From positions 11,051-75,050 of the forward strand of contig CAZOXU010000007.1 in assembly GCA_964583975.1 (NCBI GenBank): a DNA stretch of 64,000 nt. The letters run 5' to 3'. This document shows positions 18,370-28,562 of the stretch, one piece after another. Position numbers and translations under genes: made by a program. Source of the DNA: an uncultured Planctomycetales bacterium (GTDB lineage Bacteria > Omnitrophota > Gorgyraeia > Zapsychrales > Fredricksoniimonadaceae). The first letter of the stretch is position 1. Each line of letters begins with the position of its first letter. The notes under the pieces were generated by a model. That model saw only the letters and a program-made list of their open reading frames with translations. It did not search any database and was not told the origin of the DNA.

Positions 18370-18933
18370 TTATTTTATTTCATTTTGCAACAAAAAGCTA
18401 CTGCCATCCTGACTTTTTATTAGGACACCCTTTTGCTCAATTTTTAAAACTTTGACAAACTCAACCTTATCATTTTCAGCGAGATCCAAAACTCCACCAT
18501 CATAAAGAACGCGAGTCTTGGTAAGATTAACATCATGACCAACACCTTTAATCTGTTGATTAATAATAATAAAATAATCTCCTTCGCTCACCACATTATC
18601 ATTAATCACCGCTTGAGGATGCGGGGTGTCTAAAACCAAACAGCTGATTTTAAATTCCTTACTCAAGTCCACTCTGTCAGGCGGCTTGGGTTTTATATCA
18701 ATTGGCTTTGGTGGTTCTGGCGGTTTGACGACAACCTTCTTCTTAGGAATCAGCCTTAAAAATGGATTCTTAGGATCAGACAAGAAGTCATTAATAAGCT
18801 GCTCTTCAGCATCTTTATCTTGTTTGAGTTCAACTGCTTTTTCAGCAACAGCGGCAGACTTTTCTGCAGACCATTTGACAGGAACAAATACAAAACATTG
18901 GAATACTAAAAGTATTATGACTCTTTTAATCAT
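18370..18933 (-). CDS. PilP/GspC-like periplasmic protein with Pro/Lys-rich linker
   Basis: 187 aa, signal peptide, PPEPPKPIDIKPKPP linker, C-terminal beta domain. Immediately upstream of the secretin. Confidence 0.4.
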   Translation of the reverse strand: MIKRVIILLVFQCFVFVPVKWSAEKSAAVAEKAVELKQDKDAEEQLINDFLSDPKNPFLRLIPKKKVVVKPPEPPKPIDIKPKPPDRVDLSKEFKISCLVLDTPHPQAVINDNVVSEGDYFIIINQQIKGVGHDVNLTKTRVLYDGGVLDLAENDKVEFVKVLKIEQKGVLIKSQDGSSFLLQNEIK

Positions 18934-19460
18934 TTTTTAACCTGAACAGAAGTAAGATTAAACTCATAACTAGTTGCTTCTGCATCGGATTCATCCATCG
19001 TTCCCTTCCATTTTTCAATCTTAAATGGATATTTTCCCGTCTCTAGCATATTCATAAAAGAGACCAGATCTTTGAAGTCTTTTATTTTAACTGTTAACAA
19101 TATAGGGGTGACTATGTAATAATCAAATTTTTTAATGTCTCCGGCATTGATTTCAATAATTTCTACGTTATGTTGCAGGGCGTAGTCGGCAATTTTATTA
19201 GTTAAAGCATCAGAAGTAAGGGGCTTAGGTAAAGCAGCGACATAGTCACTAAGTTGCTTTTTAACATTACCCCGCTCTTCAATCACAATATTTTTCTGCT
19301 TTTTTTGCTGAATCTGGCTCTGGTAAGCAGCTGTTTTAGAAGAAAAACTGCCCCACAAAACTATCCCCAATATAAAAAAAGCCAGCACAACGACCACAAC
19401 TAAAATAAGGCTTTTTTTAGCAAGAATATTTTGTAGCGTATTATTCGGATTCGCACTCAT
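18930..19460 (-). CDS. PilO/GspM-like bitopic protein
   Basis: 176 aa, single TM after about 20 aa, periplasmic coiled-coil plus ferredoxin-like region. Operon position. Confidence 0.4.
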   Translation of the reverse strand: MSANPNNTLQNILAKKSLILVVVVVLAFFILGIVLWGSFSSKTAAYQSQIQQKKQKNIVIEERGNVKKQLSDYVAALPKPLTSDALTNKIADYALQHNVEIIEINAGDIKKFDYYIVTPILLTVKIKDFKDLVSFMNMLETGKYPFKIEKWKGTMDESDAEATSYEFNLTSVQVKK

Positions 19461-19466
19461 AGAATC

Positions 19467-21029
19467 TTATAACCCCTGAGAACCGGTAATTGTAAATGTC
19501 GAAACATTTTGACCATCCAATTCTTTTTTCTGCGGAGATGTCGAAGTAAAGGTCATTTCAGAAAAATACTTGCTCTCTCTTAAATTATTCAAGAATTCAC
19601 TAACCTTTCTATATTCGACCCCTTTATCTTTCACATAAATATACCCAGCCAATTCTAAACTTATACGATTATTCGAAAGGGTTGTAATTTTAGCTTCCTG
19701 CAACCATATTCCAGCTGGAACGGCCCTCGTCAAAACTACCACCATTGGCGCCATACGACTACTACTTTGAGACTGAATTTTTTCGTAATTATCTATCTTA
19801 TCTTTATCAGCTTTTATTTCTAATTTAAGCTGTTCGACAGAGAAATTAAGAAAGTCTTGATCTGTCTTAGCCATCTTCTCATTTTGTTTTTTAATAACAT
19901 CTAACTTTTGTTGCCCCAGATAAAAAACGCCTCCCAACAATAAGGAGCACAATAAAGCAGCGACAATAGCAGGTTTAAAATCTTCTAGGGTCAGACCTAA
20001 AAATTGACTAAAATCAAAAGATAAAGCATTAGGGCTTGAACTACTGGTTGCCTGAGGCGCGGCCTTCGCTTCCAAGAAATTAAATGCATTAAACTTTGAA
20101 GAAACCTTATCCAACGAAGAACCCCAAGCGCACACACTATCCATGCCCAAATGTCGCTGCAAACCTACGTTAAGCGAGGGATCTGCAATTCGGACTTTCA
20201 CTGTCAATTCTTCCGTCAAAATACGGGTCAATTCTGGATCAGGAATATCTGTAAGGACTAATACCTCTTTTATTTTTTCTTGGGAAAACTGACTATTGTA
20301 ATAACCAAATGATTTTCTAACCTCCCTTACGAGTTGCGCCCGTACAATATCAGAAGCAGCCTTAGGATCATGCCCTTCCGTCACAGATAAAGCAAAATCT
20401 CTCACAAAGTAAGCAATCCCCTTTTCATAAAAAATAATGTGGACATCATGCTTATTGATATAAACAACAACCGTACTTTGATCAATTTTTAAGAACTTTT
20501 TAGAGATGAGATACTTAGCCAGACTAACTAACGCTGGTTCAAAAATAAATGGCTTACCACCGATTTGCTTGATGATACGTTCATATTTTTCTAACGTCTG
20601 TTTTCGAACAGCATAAAAAATAATTCTCCAGCGTTTTTGATTTCCATCTATTTGAACCACTGGCTGATACATGTAATCCAACAGTTTTAAATCAAAAGGT
20701 AAATATTTCTTGGCTTCATAAAAAACGGCATTATTTAATTCGTTAGTTGTCATCCAAGGAATCACAAAAGAACGTAAAAATATTTCTTCAATAGGAATAG
20801 AAACGCAAACTTGACCAGGATTAATCTTTTCATCTCGAAATACTTTTTGAATATGGCCAACGATCTGTGTTTCAACTACAGTTTCAGAGCCATAGGATGC
20901 ATCTTGGGCAGGACTAAGGATAGAATTTAAAGGGGTAGATAAAACCCTTTGCAATTTATTGCGATTAGAGTTTGTTAAAACAAGGAGCTGATCGGTAAGA
21001 TAAATACCTATTCTATCGAGATTTGCCAT
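19467..21029 (-). CDS. PilM-PilN fusion (GspL-like): cytoplasmic actin-like domain, TM, periplasmic domain
   Basis: 520 aa. N-terminal about 330 aa actin/FtsA-like, TM helix AIVAALLCSLLLGGVFYL, then coiled-coil periplasmic segment. Confidence 0.55.
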   Translation of the reverse strand: MANLDRIGIYLTDQLLVLTNSNRNKLQRVLSTPLNSILSPAQDASYGSETVVETQIVGHIQKVFRDEKINPGQVCVSIPIEEIFLRSFVIPWMTTNELNNAVFYEAKKYLPFDLKLLDYMYQPVVQIDGNQKRWRIIFYAVRKQTLEKYERIIKQIGGKPFIFEPALVSLAKYLISKKFLKIDQSTVVVYINKHDVHIIFYEKGIAYFVRDFALSVTEGHDPKAASDIVRAQLVREVRKSFGYYNSQFSQEKIKEVLVLTDIPDPELTRILTEELTVKVRIADPSLNVGLQRHLGMDSVCAWGSSLDKVSSKFNAFNFLEAKAAPQATSSSSPNALSFDFSQFLGLTLEDFKPAIVAALLCSLLLGGVFYLGQQKLDVIKKQNEKMAKTDQDFLNFSVEQLKLEIKADKDKIDNYEKIQSQSSSRMAPMVVVLTRAVPAGIWLQEAKITTLSNNRISLELAGYIYVKDKGVEYRKVSEFLNNLRESKYFSEMTFTSTSPQKKELDGQNVSTFTITGSQGL

Positions 21030-21139
21030 AAATTATGGAATACAAACTTCTTCCGTTTTTACAAACACTATAACAATAATATATAAACTTTTTTTATTTA
21101 ACTATAGGTAGGATGGCTTGTCAATACAATAGATGAGAA

Positions 21140-21472
21140 TTAATAACTAACATTGACTTGAATATTAGATCCCGTAGAAGCAAAGGATGTATTAAAAACC
21201 CGGCCATTAATAGTATCGCTACAGACACCTGATACGCAAGTACCTGTAAATGCGGTCCCGCTCCCTGCCGATTGAGAAAAACTTTTCCAATATTGACCTT
21301 TGGCTAACTCTTCTGCAACGATGGCATCAACTTGAGAACGAGTGGTTCGACTTTGACTCATACTTTGGGAAAAAATAGTCGCACTAACAATAGACATAAT
21401 GATAATAATTATTAAAACAACTATTAGAACAATGCCTGTCTCGTTTTTATGGATCGCCAATTTCTTAAACAT
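21140..21472 (-). CDS. Minor (pseudo)pilin with PilX_N/GspK-like N-terminus lacking Glu+5
   Basis: NETGIVLIVVLIIIIIMSIVSATIF hydrophobic N-terminus after Gly. 110 aa. Confidence 0.4.
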   Translation of the reverse strand: MFKKLAIHKNETGIVLIVVLIIIIIMSIVSATIFSQSMSQSRTTRSQVDAIVAEELAKGQYWKSFSQSAGSGTAFTGTCVSGVCSDTINGRVFNTSFASTGSNIQVNVSY

Positions 21473-21523
21473 CCGTTCTCTCCTTACAGGACCCCATCGT
21501 TTGGCCTCACGAGCCAGACGAAA

Positions 21524-21754
21524 CTAATCATGGTAACTCAAACACCTTGGACATCGGCATGCATCTTTTTTATTCTGAAAAAAGTCTAAATATACATAAC
21601 CACAATAATGACAATGTTTTAAATACTCTGAAACTTTATGCCCAACCACTTCTCGATCTCTCTTTAAATTATATATGACCCAGAAAGTTAAAACAAGGCC
21701 AATGGATAAAATCAATGTCACTGCAAAAATAGCATCAAATCCCCAAATAAACAT
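21524..21754 (-). CDS. Small membrane protein with C-terminal Zn-ribbon (CHYC...CRCPRC)
   Basis: 76 aa, one TM, four Cys in CxxC pairs. Confidence 0.3.
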   Translation of the reverse strand: MFIWGFDAIFAVTLILSIGLVLTFWVIYNLKRDREVVGHKVSEYLKHCHYCGYVYLDFFQNKKDACRCPRCLSYHD

Positions 21755-21781
21755 ATAAATTTTCCTGTACGGCTTAGGTTA

Positions 21782-21801
21782 CCTGCCTGCCGGCAGGCAG
21801 G
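21782..21801. repeat. Copy A of GC-rich palindromic repeat, CCTGCCTGCC/GGCAGGCAGG
   Basis: Perfect 20-nt palindrome in an otherwise AT-rich spacer. Core shared with copies at 41611-41651 and 52964-53010. Confidence 0.55.
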
Positions 21802-21812
21802 CCCATCCCCTA

Positions 21813-22070
21813 CTAACGTGGCTTATTGATTTGCCGCATCTTTAACCATGGCTGAAAGAACGCTCCAGAAGATTCATTAAACATAACTTCTTCCATCCCT
21901 TTACTTGATACCACGCTCAAGGTGTTTTCTTGATCAGATTGAGCTGGAGCTATCATTTGCCCCAAATAAGCAAATGAACTGCTTTGTCTGGGAGAAGAAA
22001 CAGAAAAACCAACCCAAACAAAACTTACAATTAAAATATGCACAAAAATGGAAACCAGATAATAGCGCAC
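21813..22070 (-). CDS. Short TonB/TolA-like membrane-anchor protein (stub)
   Basis: 85 aa. N-terminal TM directly following exbD. No recognisable C-terminal TonB domain. Confidence 0.25.
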   Translation of the reverse strand: MRYYLVSIFVHILIVSFVWVGFSVSSPRQSSSFAYLGQMIAPAQSDQENTLSVVSSKGMEEVMFNESSGAFFQPWLKMRQINKPR

Positions 22071-22071
22071 G

Positions 22072-22473
22072 TTAATTCCTTTGGTCGGTCACGATATGAA
22101 CTTGAGCATTTCCCATGGCCCGACATAAATCCCAAACATCCATTACCCTACCCATCGATGAATGACGATCAACTCTAATAAAAATATTGCGATGAGAATA
22201 ATCAATCTTAGCAAGATTCTTTCTAAGCTCATTAAGTGTCACAACCTTACCATTTAAATAGAATATGTTCTCGGCTGTAATCGTGATCGTTTGATCGTTT
22301 TGTAAATTCTCACTTTCAACGCCTGAAGGAATAAACACTTCAAAACCAGCAGGTCTAGAGAACGAAGAACAATAAATAAGAAACAAAAGAATTAATAAAA
22401 AAAGATTAAAGACCGCAGCCATTAAAATTGGATAAAAAGGGATTTGTATAATTTGAAAATTATTGGTGTTCAT
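22072..22473 (-). CDS. exbD: ExbD/TolR biopolymer transport protein
   Basis: 133 aa, single N-terminal TM. Characteristic size and position after exbB. Confidence 0.75.
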   Translation of the reverse strand: MNTNNFQIIQIPFYPILMAAVFNLFLLILLFLIYCSSFSRPAGFEVFIPSGVESENLQNDQTITITAENIFYLNGKVVTLNELRKNLAKIDYSHRNIFIRVDRHSSMGRVMDVWDLCRAMGNAQVHIVTDQRN

Positions 22474-22476
22474 TGT

Positions 22477-23139
22477 CTAGGTGTTTTCTTGGGAAGTATT
22501 CAGCTGAGACATTTGAACCATAATATGTACTGTTTGAGCCATAGCAATTTGCAAATCAGCAACGATGTTATTAATCCTTGATACACAAAAGCTATACACA
22601 GAAAAACTCAAAATACAAACCATCAATCCCGCCACACTCGAGAACAAGGCCTGCCAAACACCTAAGGTCACATCACCTACACTTAAAGGATTTAACACGT
22701 TGGAACGAATCTGAATTGAATGAAAGACTATTGTTAAACCTATTATAGTTCCCAATAAACCTATCAATACCGATAAATTAATAATGAAATACAAAATGCT
22801 CATTCGTTCTTTCAAACGATAAGCCTCATAAACAAAAACTTCTTCGGCTGCTGTTTTAATAACATCTGCCGAACTACCAAACTTTAATAAGGCTGCTTTA
22901 AAAATACGACTAAAAGGACTATCATAAGATTCACAAATGCTCAATGTATGTTTAATGCTTTCTTTTTGTAGTGAATTCATTAAATTGATCCTATGAATTT
23001 TTCCAAGTTTTTCTAAAGAAGACAAAAAAACAAGTCTTTCAATCCCCACAGCTAAGGCGACAACAGACATCAAAATAAGCGGCCACATCATCGGTCCGCC
23101 TCTTAAAATTAATTGCCAAACATTAAATATTGTTACCAT
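22477..23139 (-). CDS. exbB: ExbB/TolQ/MotA-family proton channel
   Basis: 220 aa, three TM helices, conserved C-terminal TM pattern. Confidence 0.75.
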   Translation of the reverse strand: MVTIFNVWQLILRGGPMMWPLILMSVVALAVGIERLVFLSSLEKLGKIHRINLMNSLQKESIKHTLSICESYDSPFSRIFKAALLKFGSSADVIKTAAEEVFVYEAYRLKERMSILYFIINLSVLIGLLGTIIGLTIVFHSIQIRSNVLNPLSVGDVTLGVWQALFSSVAGLMVCILSFSVYSFCVSRINNIVADLQIAMAQTVHIMVQMSQLNTSQENT

Positions 23140-25598
23140 TATTTTCTCCCTCCCACATTAGCAGCCAGCCAATCTAAACGCTCTTGGGCAAATTTAGATT
23201 CCTCAGAGTTTAATTGAACAATCTTCTGATAGGTGACCCGCGCTCCATCCCAATCCTTACGATCTTCATAAATCCTGGCAACTCTCAAGTAGGCCTTCGC
23301 CGCCCAAGATGATTGCTTGGCAGACACAGAAGAAACTTTTAAATACTCGCTAACAGCCTCATCTAACCGCCCCATGAGTTCATAGGTGTCTCCAATATCA
23401 AACAAAATCTCAGCATTACTAATCTTTCCTTTAGAAGCATCTACTTCCAAAGCTTTGCGATAGGTTTCAATTTCTTTATCATAACTTTGATTATTACGAT
23501 AAAGTTGGGCTATTTTTAAATACGATTCTCTGGCCAACTCTGGAGACTCAGCAGCAATAGCTTCATAAGCCTGCGCAGCTTTTTGAGAATCAAATTCTTT
23601 GGCAAATATGCCTGCAATAGCTAACTTGACCTTAGAAAAAAGCACCGCGTCTGTATTAGAGATTTGCTTATACCGAGCTAGGGCTTGATCATATAACCCT
23701 TGAATTTCAAAGGCCTGTCCCATTTCATAATTAATCTGTTCAATACCTGCATGCTCAGGAAAATGATCTAGAATTTGCTGATAATACGTCAATGATTGGG
23801 TATAATCGCCATTCTTTAAATAAAACTGAGCCAACCACAATGAAGCTTCAAACTCAGCCTCGGTTTTAGGATATTTATAAACAATTAATTTAAATCGTTT
23901 AACGGCCTCTTTAATTTGTTTTAATTCATACTGACATTTAGCAATACCAATATCTGAATTCTTGGCCACATTGGTATCTTCTGGATAAAGCCGTAGAATC
24001 TTTTGAAATAACTTTAATGCCTCCTCTGGCTGTTTTAAATTTAAATAAGACAAAGCTAAAACATAATTAGCTTCTGGCAAAAAGCTAGCTGGACGAGAAT
24101 AATTCTTTAAGAATTCGTCCATTTTTATAGCAGCGGCTTTAAAATTACCGCTTCGAAAAGCAGCCAATCCCAAATAATAATTAACGTCCTCCAAATAACG
24201 ACTATTGGGGAAATTAGCTTTTAAGTGTTCAAAAGCAACAACCGATGCTTTAATCTTTCCGATCTTTAAAAGAGCAATGGCCTGACGATGTTCAACATAA
24301 TCAAACATTGTGTTATCTGGATATTTCTTCAATATTCCATCATAAATATCCACCGCTTCACTCATTTTCCCAGCATCGGCTAAAGCATCGGCCATCTGAA
24401 GCAAAGCATTGACCTTCACATCCACTTTGTCTGTAGTATCAGCAATTTTTTGGAAACGCTCTTGAGCCATATTCAAGCTATTTAACTTAGCATAGGTCCA
24501 TGCTATTCCTAAATTAGCTTTTAAAGCTAACTCTTGATTCTCTCCCCGATCAATCACATAGCTGTAGTCTCCCAAAGCATCTTCAAATTTCTTAAGCATG
24601 AAATTGACGTTGGCCCTTCCTAAATGAGCCTCAAGGTAATGTGTTCCTCGCGGATAATTCTTAATTAAGTCATTATAAACTTCGACGGCAGATTGAAAAT
24701 CTTCTTTCTCCACAAAAATATTGGCTTTGACAAGCAAAAGATCATCATCAGGAATCCCTTTAGCTTTACAAAACTCTTGTCCATCCTTAAGAACTTTTTG
24801 AGCTTCTGTGAATTTTTTTAACTTCAAACAACTCCATATCTTTCCTGTATAAGCTGTAAAAACCAATTTAGTATCAGTGGATTTCAAAGCCTTATCATAA
24901 TAGGTAAGCGCATTTTCATAGTCATCCATATAATAATAAGTATCCGCCACATTCAAATAAACATCCCATAGATGCTCTGATTGAGGATATTTAGTCAGAT
25001 AACGCATGAATTTACTTAAAGCCCCGTGATAATCCTCTGTATCATAAAGTGATTGCGCCAGCTTCAAAGTAGCATCTTCTGCCAATTGATGTTTTGGAAA
25101 ATCCTTCACCAATTGATCAAATAGGTCTCTAGCTTGAGCGTATTTCTTCTGATCAAAGTAAGACCATCCTAAAGAATAATATGCTTGAGGCAAATAAGCT
25201 GATTGGGGATAATTATCGATAAGTTCTTGGTAGCGAGCCTGGGCTTGAGGATAATTATTCATTTTTAAATACACCTCTCCCAGCCAAAAAATCAAAAGTT
25301 CTTTATTATCAAACGTATCATCCAAACTATTAAATGCATTTAGCGCCTCTGGAAATTTATTCTTAAAGAAATAACACTGTCCCAACAAAAATTTAGCTTG
25401 AGACAATTTAGGATGAGAAGGAAAATCCTGCATCAACTGCTCTAAATAACGAATAGCAACATCATAAAAGCCATCGTCAAAAGCTCTCAGAGCAGTAGCA
25501 TACAATTCATCTCTTTGGCTTTGGGCATAAACTGCACTCGAAGAAGAAAAACAAAATAAAAGACATAAACAAAAACCCAGCCATTTAATTTTTCGCAT
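23139..25598 (-). CDS. Large secreted TPR-repeat protein (>15 TPR units)
   Basis: Signal peptide MRKIKWLGFCLCLLFCFSSSSAVYA. Repeated Y/F-x-x-A-x-x-x-Y motifs throughout 819 aa. Confidence 0.85.
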   Translation of the reverse strand: MRKIKWLGFCLCLLFCFSSSSAVYAQSQRDELYATALRAFDDGFYDVAIRYLEQLMQDFPSHPKLSQAKFLLGQCYFFKNKFPEALNAFNSLDDTFDNKELLIFWLGEVYLKMNNYPQAQARYQELIDNYPQSAYLPQAYYSLGWSYFDQKKYAQARDLFDQLVKDFPKHQLAEDATLKLAQSLYDTEDYHGALSKFMRYLTKYPQSEHLWDVYLNVADTYYYMDDYENALTYYDKALKSTDTKLVFTAYTGKIWSCLKLKKFTEAQKVLKDGQEFCKAKGIPDDDLLLVKANIFVEKEDFQSAVEVYNDLIKNYPRGTHYLEAHLGRANVNFMLKKFEDALGDYSYVIDRGENQELALKANLGIAWTYAKLNSLNMAQERFQKIADTTDKVDVKVNALLQMADALADAGKMSEAVDIYDGILKKYPDNTMFDYVEHRQAIALLKIGKIKASVVAFEHLKANFPNSRYLEDVNYYLGLAAFRSGNFKAAAIKMDEFLKNYSRPASFLPEANYVLALSYLNLKQPEEALKLFQKILRLYPEDTNVAKNSDIGIAKCQYELKQIKEAVKRFKLIVYKYPKTEAEFEASLWLAQFYLKNGDYTQSLTYYQQILDHFPEHAGIEQINYEMGQAFEIQGLYDQALARYKQISNTDAVLFSKVKLAIAGIFAKEFDSQKAAQAYEAIAAESPELARESYLKIAQLYRNNQSYDKEIETYRKALEVDASKGKISNAEILFDIGDTYELMGRLDEAVSEYLKVSSVSAKQSSWAAKAYLRVARIYEDRKDWDGARVTYQKIVQLNSEESKFAQERLDWLAANVGGRK

Positions 25599-25601
25599 AA
25601 G

Positions 25602-28400
25602 TTAACGGTCTCTTTCCATAAAAGTTTTTAAATATACTCCAGTATGTGAAGAACGATTCTTAAGGATTTCCTCAACACTACCACTAAAAACAAGCTCTCC
25701 ACCCTTATCTCCACCATCTGGACCTAAATCAATAATATAATCAGCCGATTTAATAACATCGAGATTATGCTCAATTACAAGGACAGTATTGCCTCGATCA
25801 ACCAATCTTTGCAACACCTTCAGAAGCTTATCTACATCAGCAAAATGTAATCCTGTGGTTGGCTCATCTAGGATATAAAACGTGCTTCCTGTGGCAGGTT
25901 TACATAATTCAGTAGCTAATTTGACTCTTTGAGCCTCACCACCGGAAAGTGTTGTTGCTGATTGCCCCAAGCGAATATAACCTAAACCAACATCATGAAG
26001 TGTTTCTAAAACAATCTTGATTTTGGGTATATTATCAAATAAAGCGATTGCTTCTTCAACCGATAAGTTTAGAACATCCGCAATATTCTTACCCTTAAAC
26101 TCTACTTCCAAGGTTTGTTCTGTAAATCTTTTCCCATGGCAAACCTCACATTGAACATAAACATCTGGCAAGAAATGCATTTCTATTTTCTTAATACCAT
26201 CTCCACCACAAGCCTCACAACGACCTCCTTTAACATTAAAACTAAACCTGCCTGGTTTGTAACCACGCATTTTAGATTCAGGCAACTGAGAGAATAAATC
26301 ACGAATATGAGAAAACATTCCGGTATAGGTGGCAGGATTCGATCGTGGGGTCCGCCCAATTGGAGATTGATCTACAACAATCACTTTATCGATATGTTGC
26401 AACCCCTCTATCTTTTTATGCTGACCCGGCTTTTCTTTAGTACCATGCAATTTATGGCTAATAGCTTTGTATAAAATCTCTTCTACCAAGGTTGACTTGC
26501 CAGACCCAGAAACCCCTGTCACACAAACAAATGTCCCTAAGGGTATTAATACATCAATATTTTTTAGATTGTGTTCTTTGGCTCCTATGATTTTAAGAAA
26601 CTTGACATCAACAATGTCTCGTCGTTTATCTGGTGTATGAATTTTAAAAGAACCATTCAAATATTGTCCTGTAAGCGAATCATTACACTTAACCAAGCCT
26701 TTGACAGCACCCGCATACATAATCTTACCACCATGTTCCCCTGCTCCTGGCCCTAAATCAATTACATAATCAGCGCGGCGAATCGTATCTTCATCATGCT
26801 CCACAACAATAAGCGTATTTCCCAAATCTCTTAAAGCATGTAGTGTTGCCAACAATCGATCATTATCTTTTTGATGTAAACCAATGCTTGGTTCATCAAG
26901 AACATAAATTACACCCACTAAACCAGAACCAACCTGGGTGGCCAATCGAATGCGTTCAGCTTCACCACCGGAAAGCGTAGAACTCCGCCTATCCAAACTT
27001 AAATATTCCAAGCCAACATTGATACAAAAATCTAAACGACGATTAATTTCTTTTAATATCTCAGCACTAATGATTTGTCTATCTTTAGAAAGTTTTAAAC
27101 CATCAAAGAAAACTTTTGCTTCCTTGATAGAGAGACATGTCACATCCGTAATATTACTGTTTCCCACCTTAACTGAAAGCGACTCTTTTTTAAGACGCTT
27201 GCCTTCGCAAGCTGGACAAGAAGACACAGACATAAAAGAAGAAATCTCTTCCTTTAACCAATCACTATCTGTCTCTTTAAATAATCGTTCAAGGTAACCC
27301 ACTACCCCCTCAAATTGCCGTCCCCAAACCTCATCCTCAGAACCATAAAAAATAATATTCTTAAATTTCTTGTCTAATTGGCTAAATGGCAAACGAGGAT
27401 CCACATCGTAGGCATTTGCTATCTCTCGAAGCACTGCCCGATAATACATCATGTAACCACGTTTCCCTTTTTTCCAAGGAACAATTGCAGTTGTCCAAGG
27501 TTTAGAAGAATCAGGGACCAAGGCCTCAGGATCTATTTCCATCTTGGTTCCTAAACCATTACATTCGACACAAGCGCCATAAGGAGAATTAAACGAAAAA
27601 ATACGCGGTTCTATTTCACTTAAAGAAGTGCCACAGTCTATACAAGCATAGCGCTCGCTAAAAGTCTGGTCAGGTCGACTGCCATTGAAATCAATAACTA
27701 CAATCCCCTCTCCGATCTTTAAAGCTGTTTCTACAGACTCAAAGAGACGCTTACGAATATCTTCTCTAATACTAAGACGATCAACAACAGCTTCAATATG
27801 GTGAATTTTGTATTTATCTAGCTTAATATTATCTTGTGTTTCATAAATCTTACCATCCACTCGAAGTCGGGCAAAACCAGACTTCACAACCTGCGCTTGA
27901 ATATTTCGATACTCTCCCTTGCGACCACGAATTAAAGGAGCCAGAACATTGATCTTTGTTGCTTCTGGCAAGCTTAAAATCTGATTAACAATTTGTTGAA
28001 CACTTTGCTGTTCAATCTTCTTTCCACAGGAATAACAATATGGTTCACCAATACGAGCAAACAAAAGACGCAAATAATCATAAATCTCTGTCTGAGTTGC
28101 CACTGTTGATCGAGGATTACGGCTGGTTGTTTTTTGTTCAATGGAAATAGTAGGCGACAGTCCTTCAATGTGTTCGACCTGGGGTTTTTGCATCTGGTCT
28201 AAAAACTGTCGGGCATAGGCTGAAAGGCTTTCGACATAACGTCGCTGCCCTTCGGCATAAATAGTATCAAAAGCTAAAGAAGATTTACCTGAACCACTTA
28301 AACCCGTCACAACCACAAATTGATTACGCGGAATGGTTAAATCAATATCTTTAAGATTATGTTCCTTAGCCCCACGAATAATAATAGAGTCTGATTTCAT
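25602..28400 (-). CDS. uvrA: Excinuclease ABC subunit A
   Basis: 932 aa. Two ABC ATPase modules ([23 protein letters not shown]). Zn-finger Cys clusters. Confidence 0.95.
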   Translation of the reverse strand: MKSDSIIIRGAKEHNLKDIDLTIPRNQFVVVTGLSGSGKSSLAFDTIYAEGQRRYVESLSAYARQFLDQMQKPQVEHIEGLSPTISIEQKTTSRNPRSTVATQTEIYDYLRLLFARIGEPYCYSCGKKIEQQSVQQIVNQILSLPEATKINVLAPLIRGRKGEYRNIQAQVVKSGFARLRVDGKIYETQDNIKLDKYKIHHIEAVVDRLSIREDIRKRLFESVETALKIGEGIVVIDFNGSRPDQTFSERYACIDCGTSLSEIEPRIFSFNSPYGACVECNGLGTKMEIDPEALVPDSSKPWTTAIVPWKKGKRGYMMYYRAVLREIANAYDVDPRLPFSQLDKKFKNIIFYGSEDEVWGRQFEGVVGYLERLFKETDSDWLKEEISSFMSVSSCPACEGKRLKKESLSVKVGNSNITDVTCLSIKEAKVFFDGLKLSKDRQIISAEILKEINRRLDFCINVGLEYLSLDRRSSTLSGGEAERIRLATQVGSGLVGVIYVLDEPSIGLHQKDNDRLLATLHALRDLGNTLIVVEHDEDTIRRADYVIDLGPGAGEHGGKIMYAGAVKGLVKCNDSLTGQYLNGSFKIHTPDKRRDIVDVKFLKIIGAKEHNLKNIDVLIPLGTFVCVTGVSGSGKSTLVEEILYKAISHKLHGTKEKPGQHKKIEGLQHIDKVIVVDQSPIGRTPRSNPATYTGMFSHIRDLFSQLPESKMRGYKPGRFSFNVKGGRCEACGGDGIKKIEMHFLPDVYVQCEVCHGKRFTEQTLEVEFKGKNIADVLNLSVEEAIALFDNIPKIKIVLETLHDVGLGYIRLGQSATTLSGGEAQRVKLATELCKPATGSTFYILDEPTTGLHFADVDKLLKVLQRLVDRGNTVLVIEHNLDVIKSADYIIDLGPDGGDKGGELVFSGSVEEILKNRSSHTGVYLKTFMERDR

Positions 28401-28445
28401 AGCCGTTTATTTTATATAAAAGACAACCCCTGTACCATAGAAAAG

Positions 28446-28473
28446 TGAAGGGTCGGGAATAATCCCGACCCTT
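28446..28473 (-). terminator. Hairpin GAAGGGTCGGG-AATAA-TCCCGACCCTTC downstream of the Lys-rich protein gene
   Basis: Perfect 11-bp stem followed on the minus strand by a T-rich tract. Confidence 0.5.
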
Positions 28474-28562
28474 CATCCCGAGGAAAAATGACGAGGGATC
28501 TACGAACTTAAGATCCTTCGGCAGCTGCCTCAGGATAATTTGCTGATTAACAGCAAATTAAA

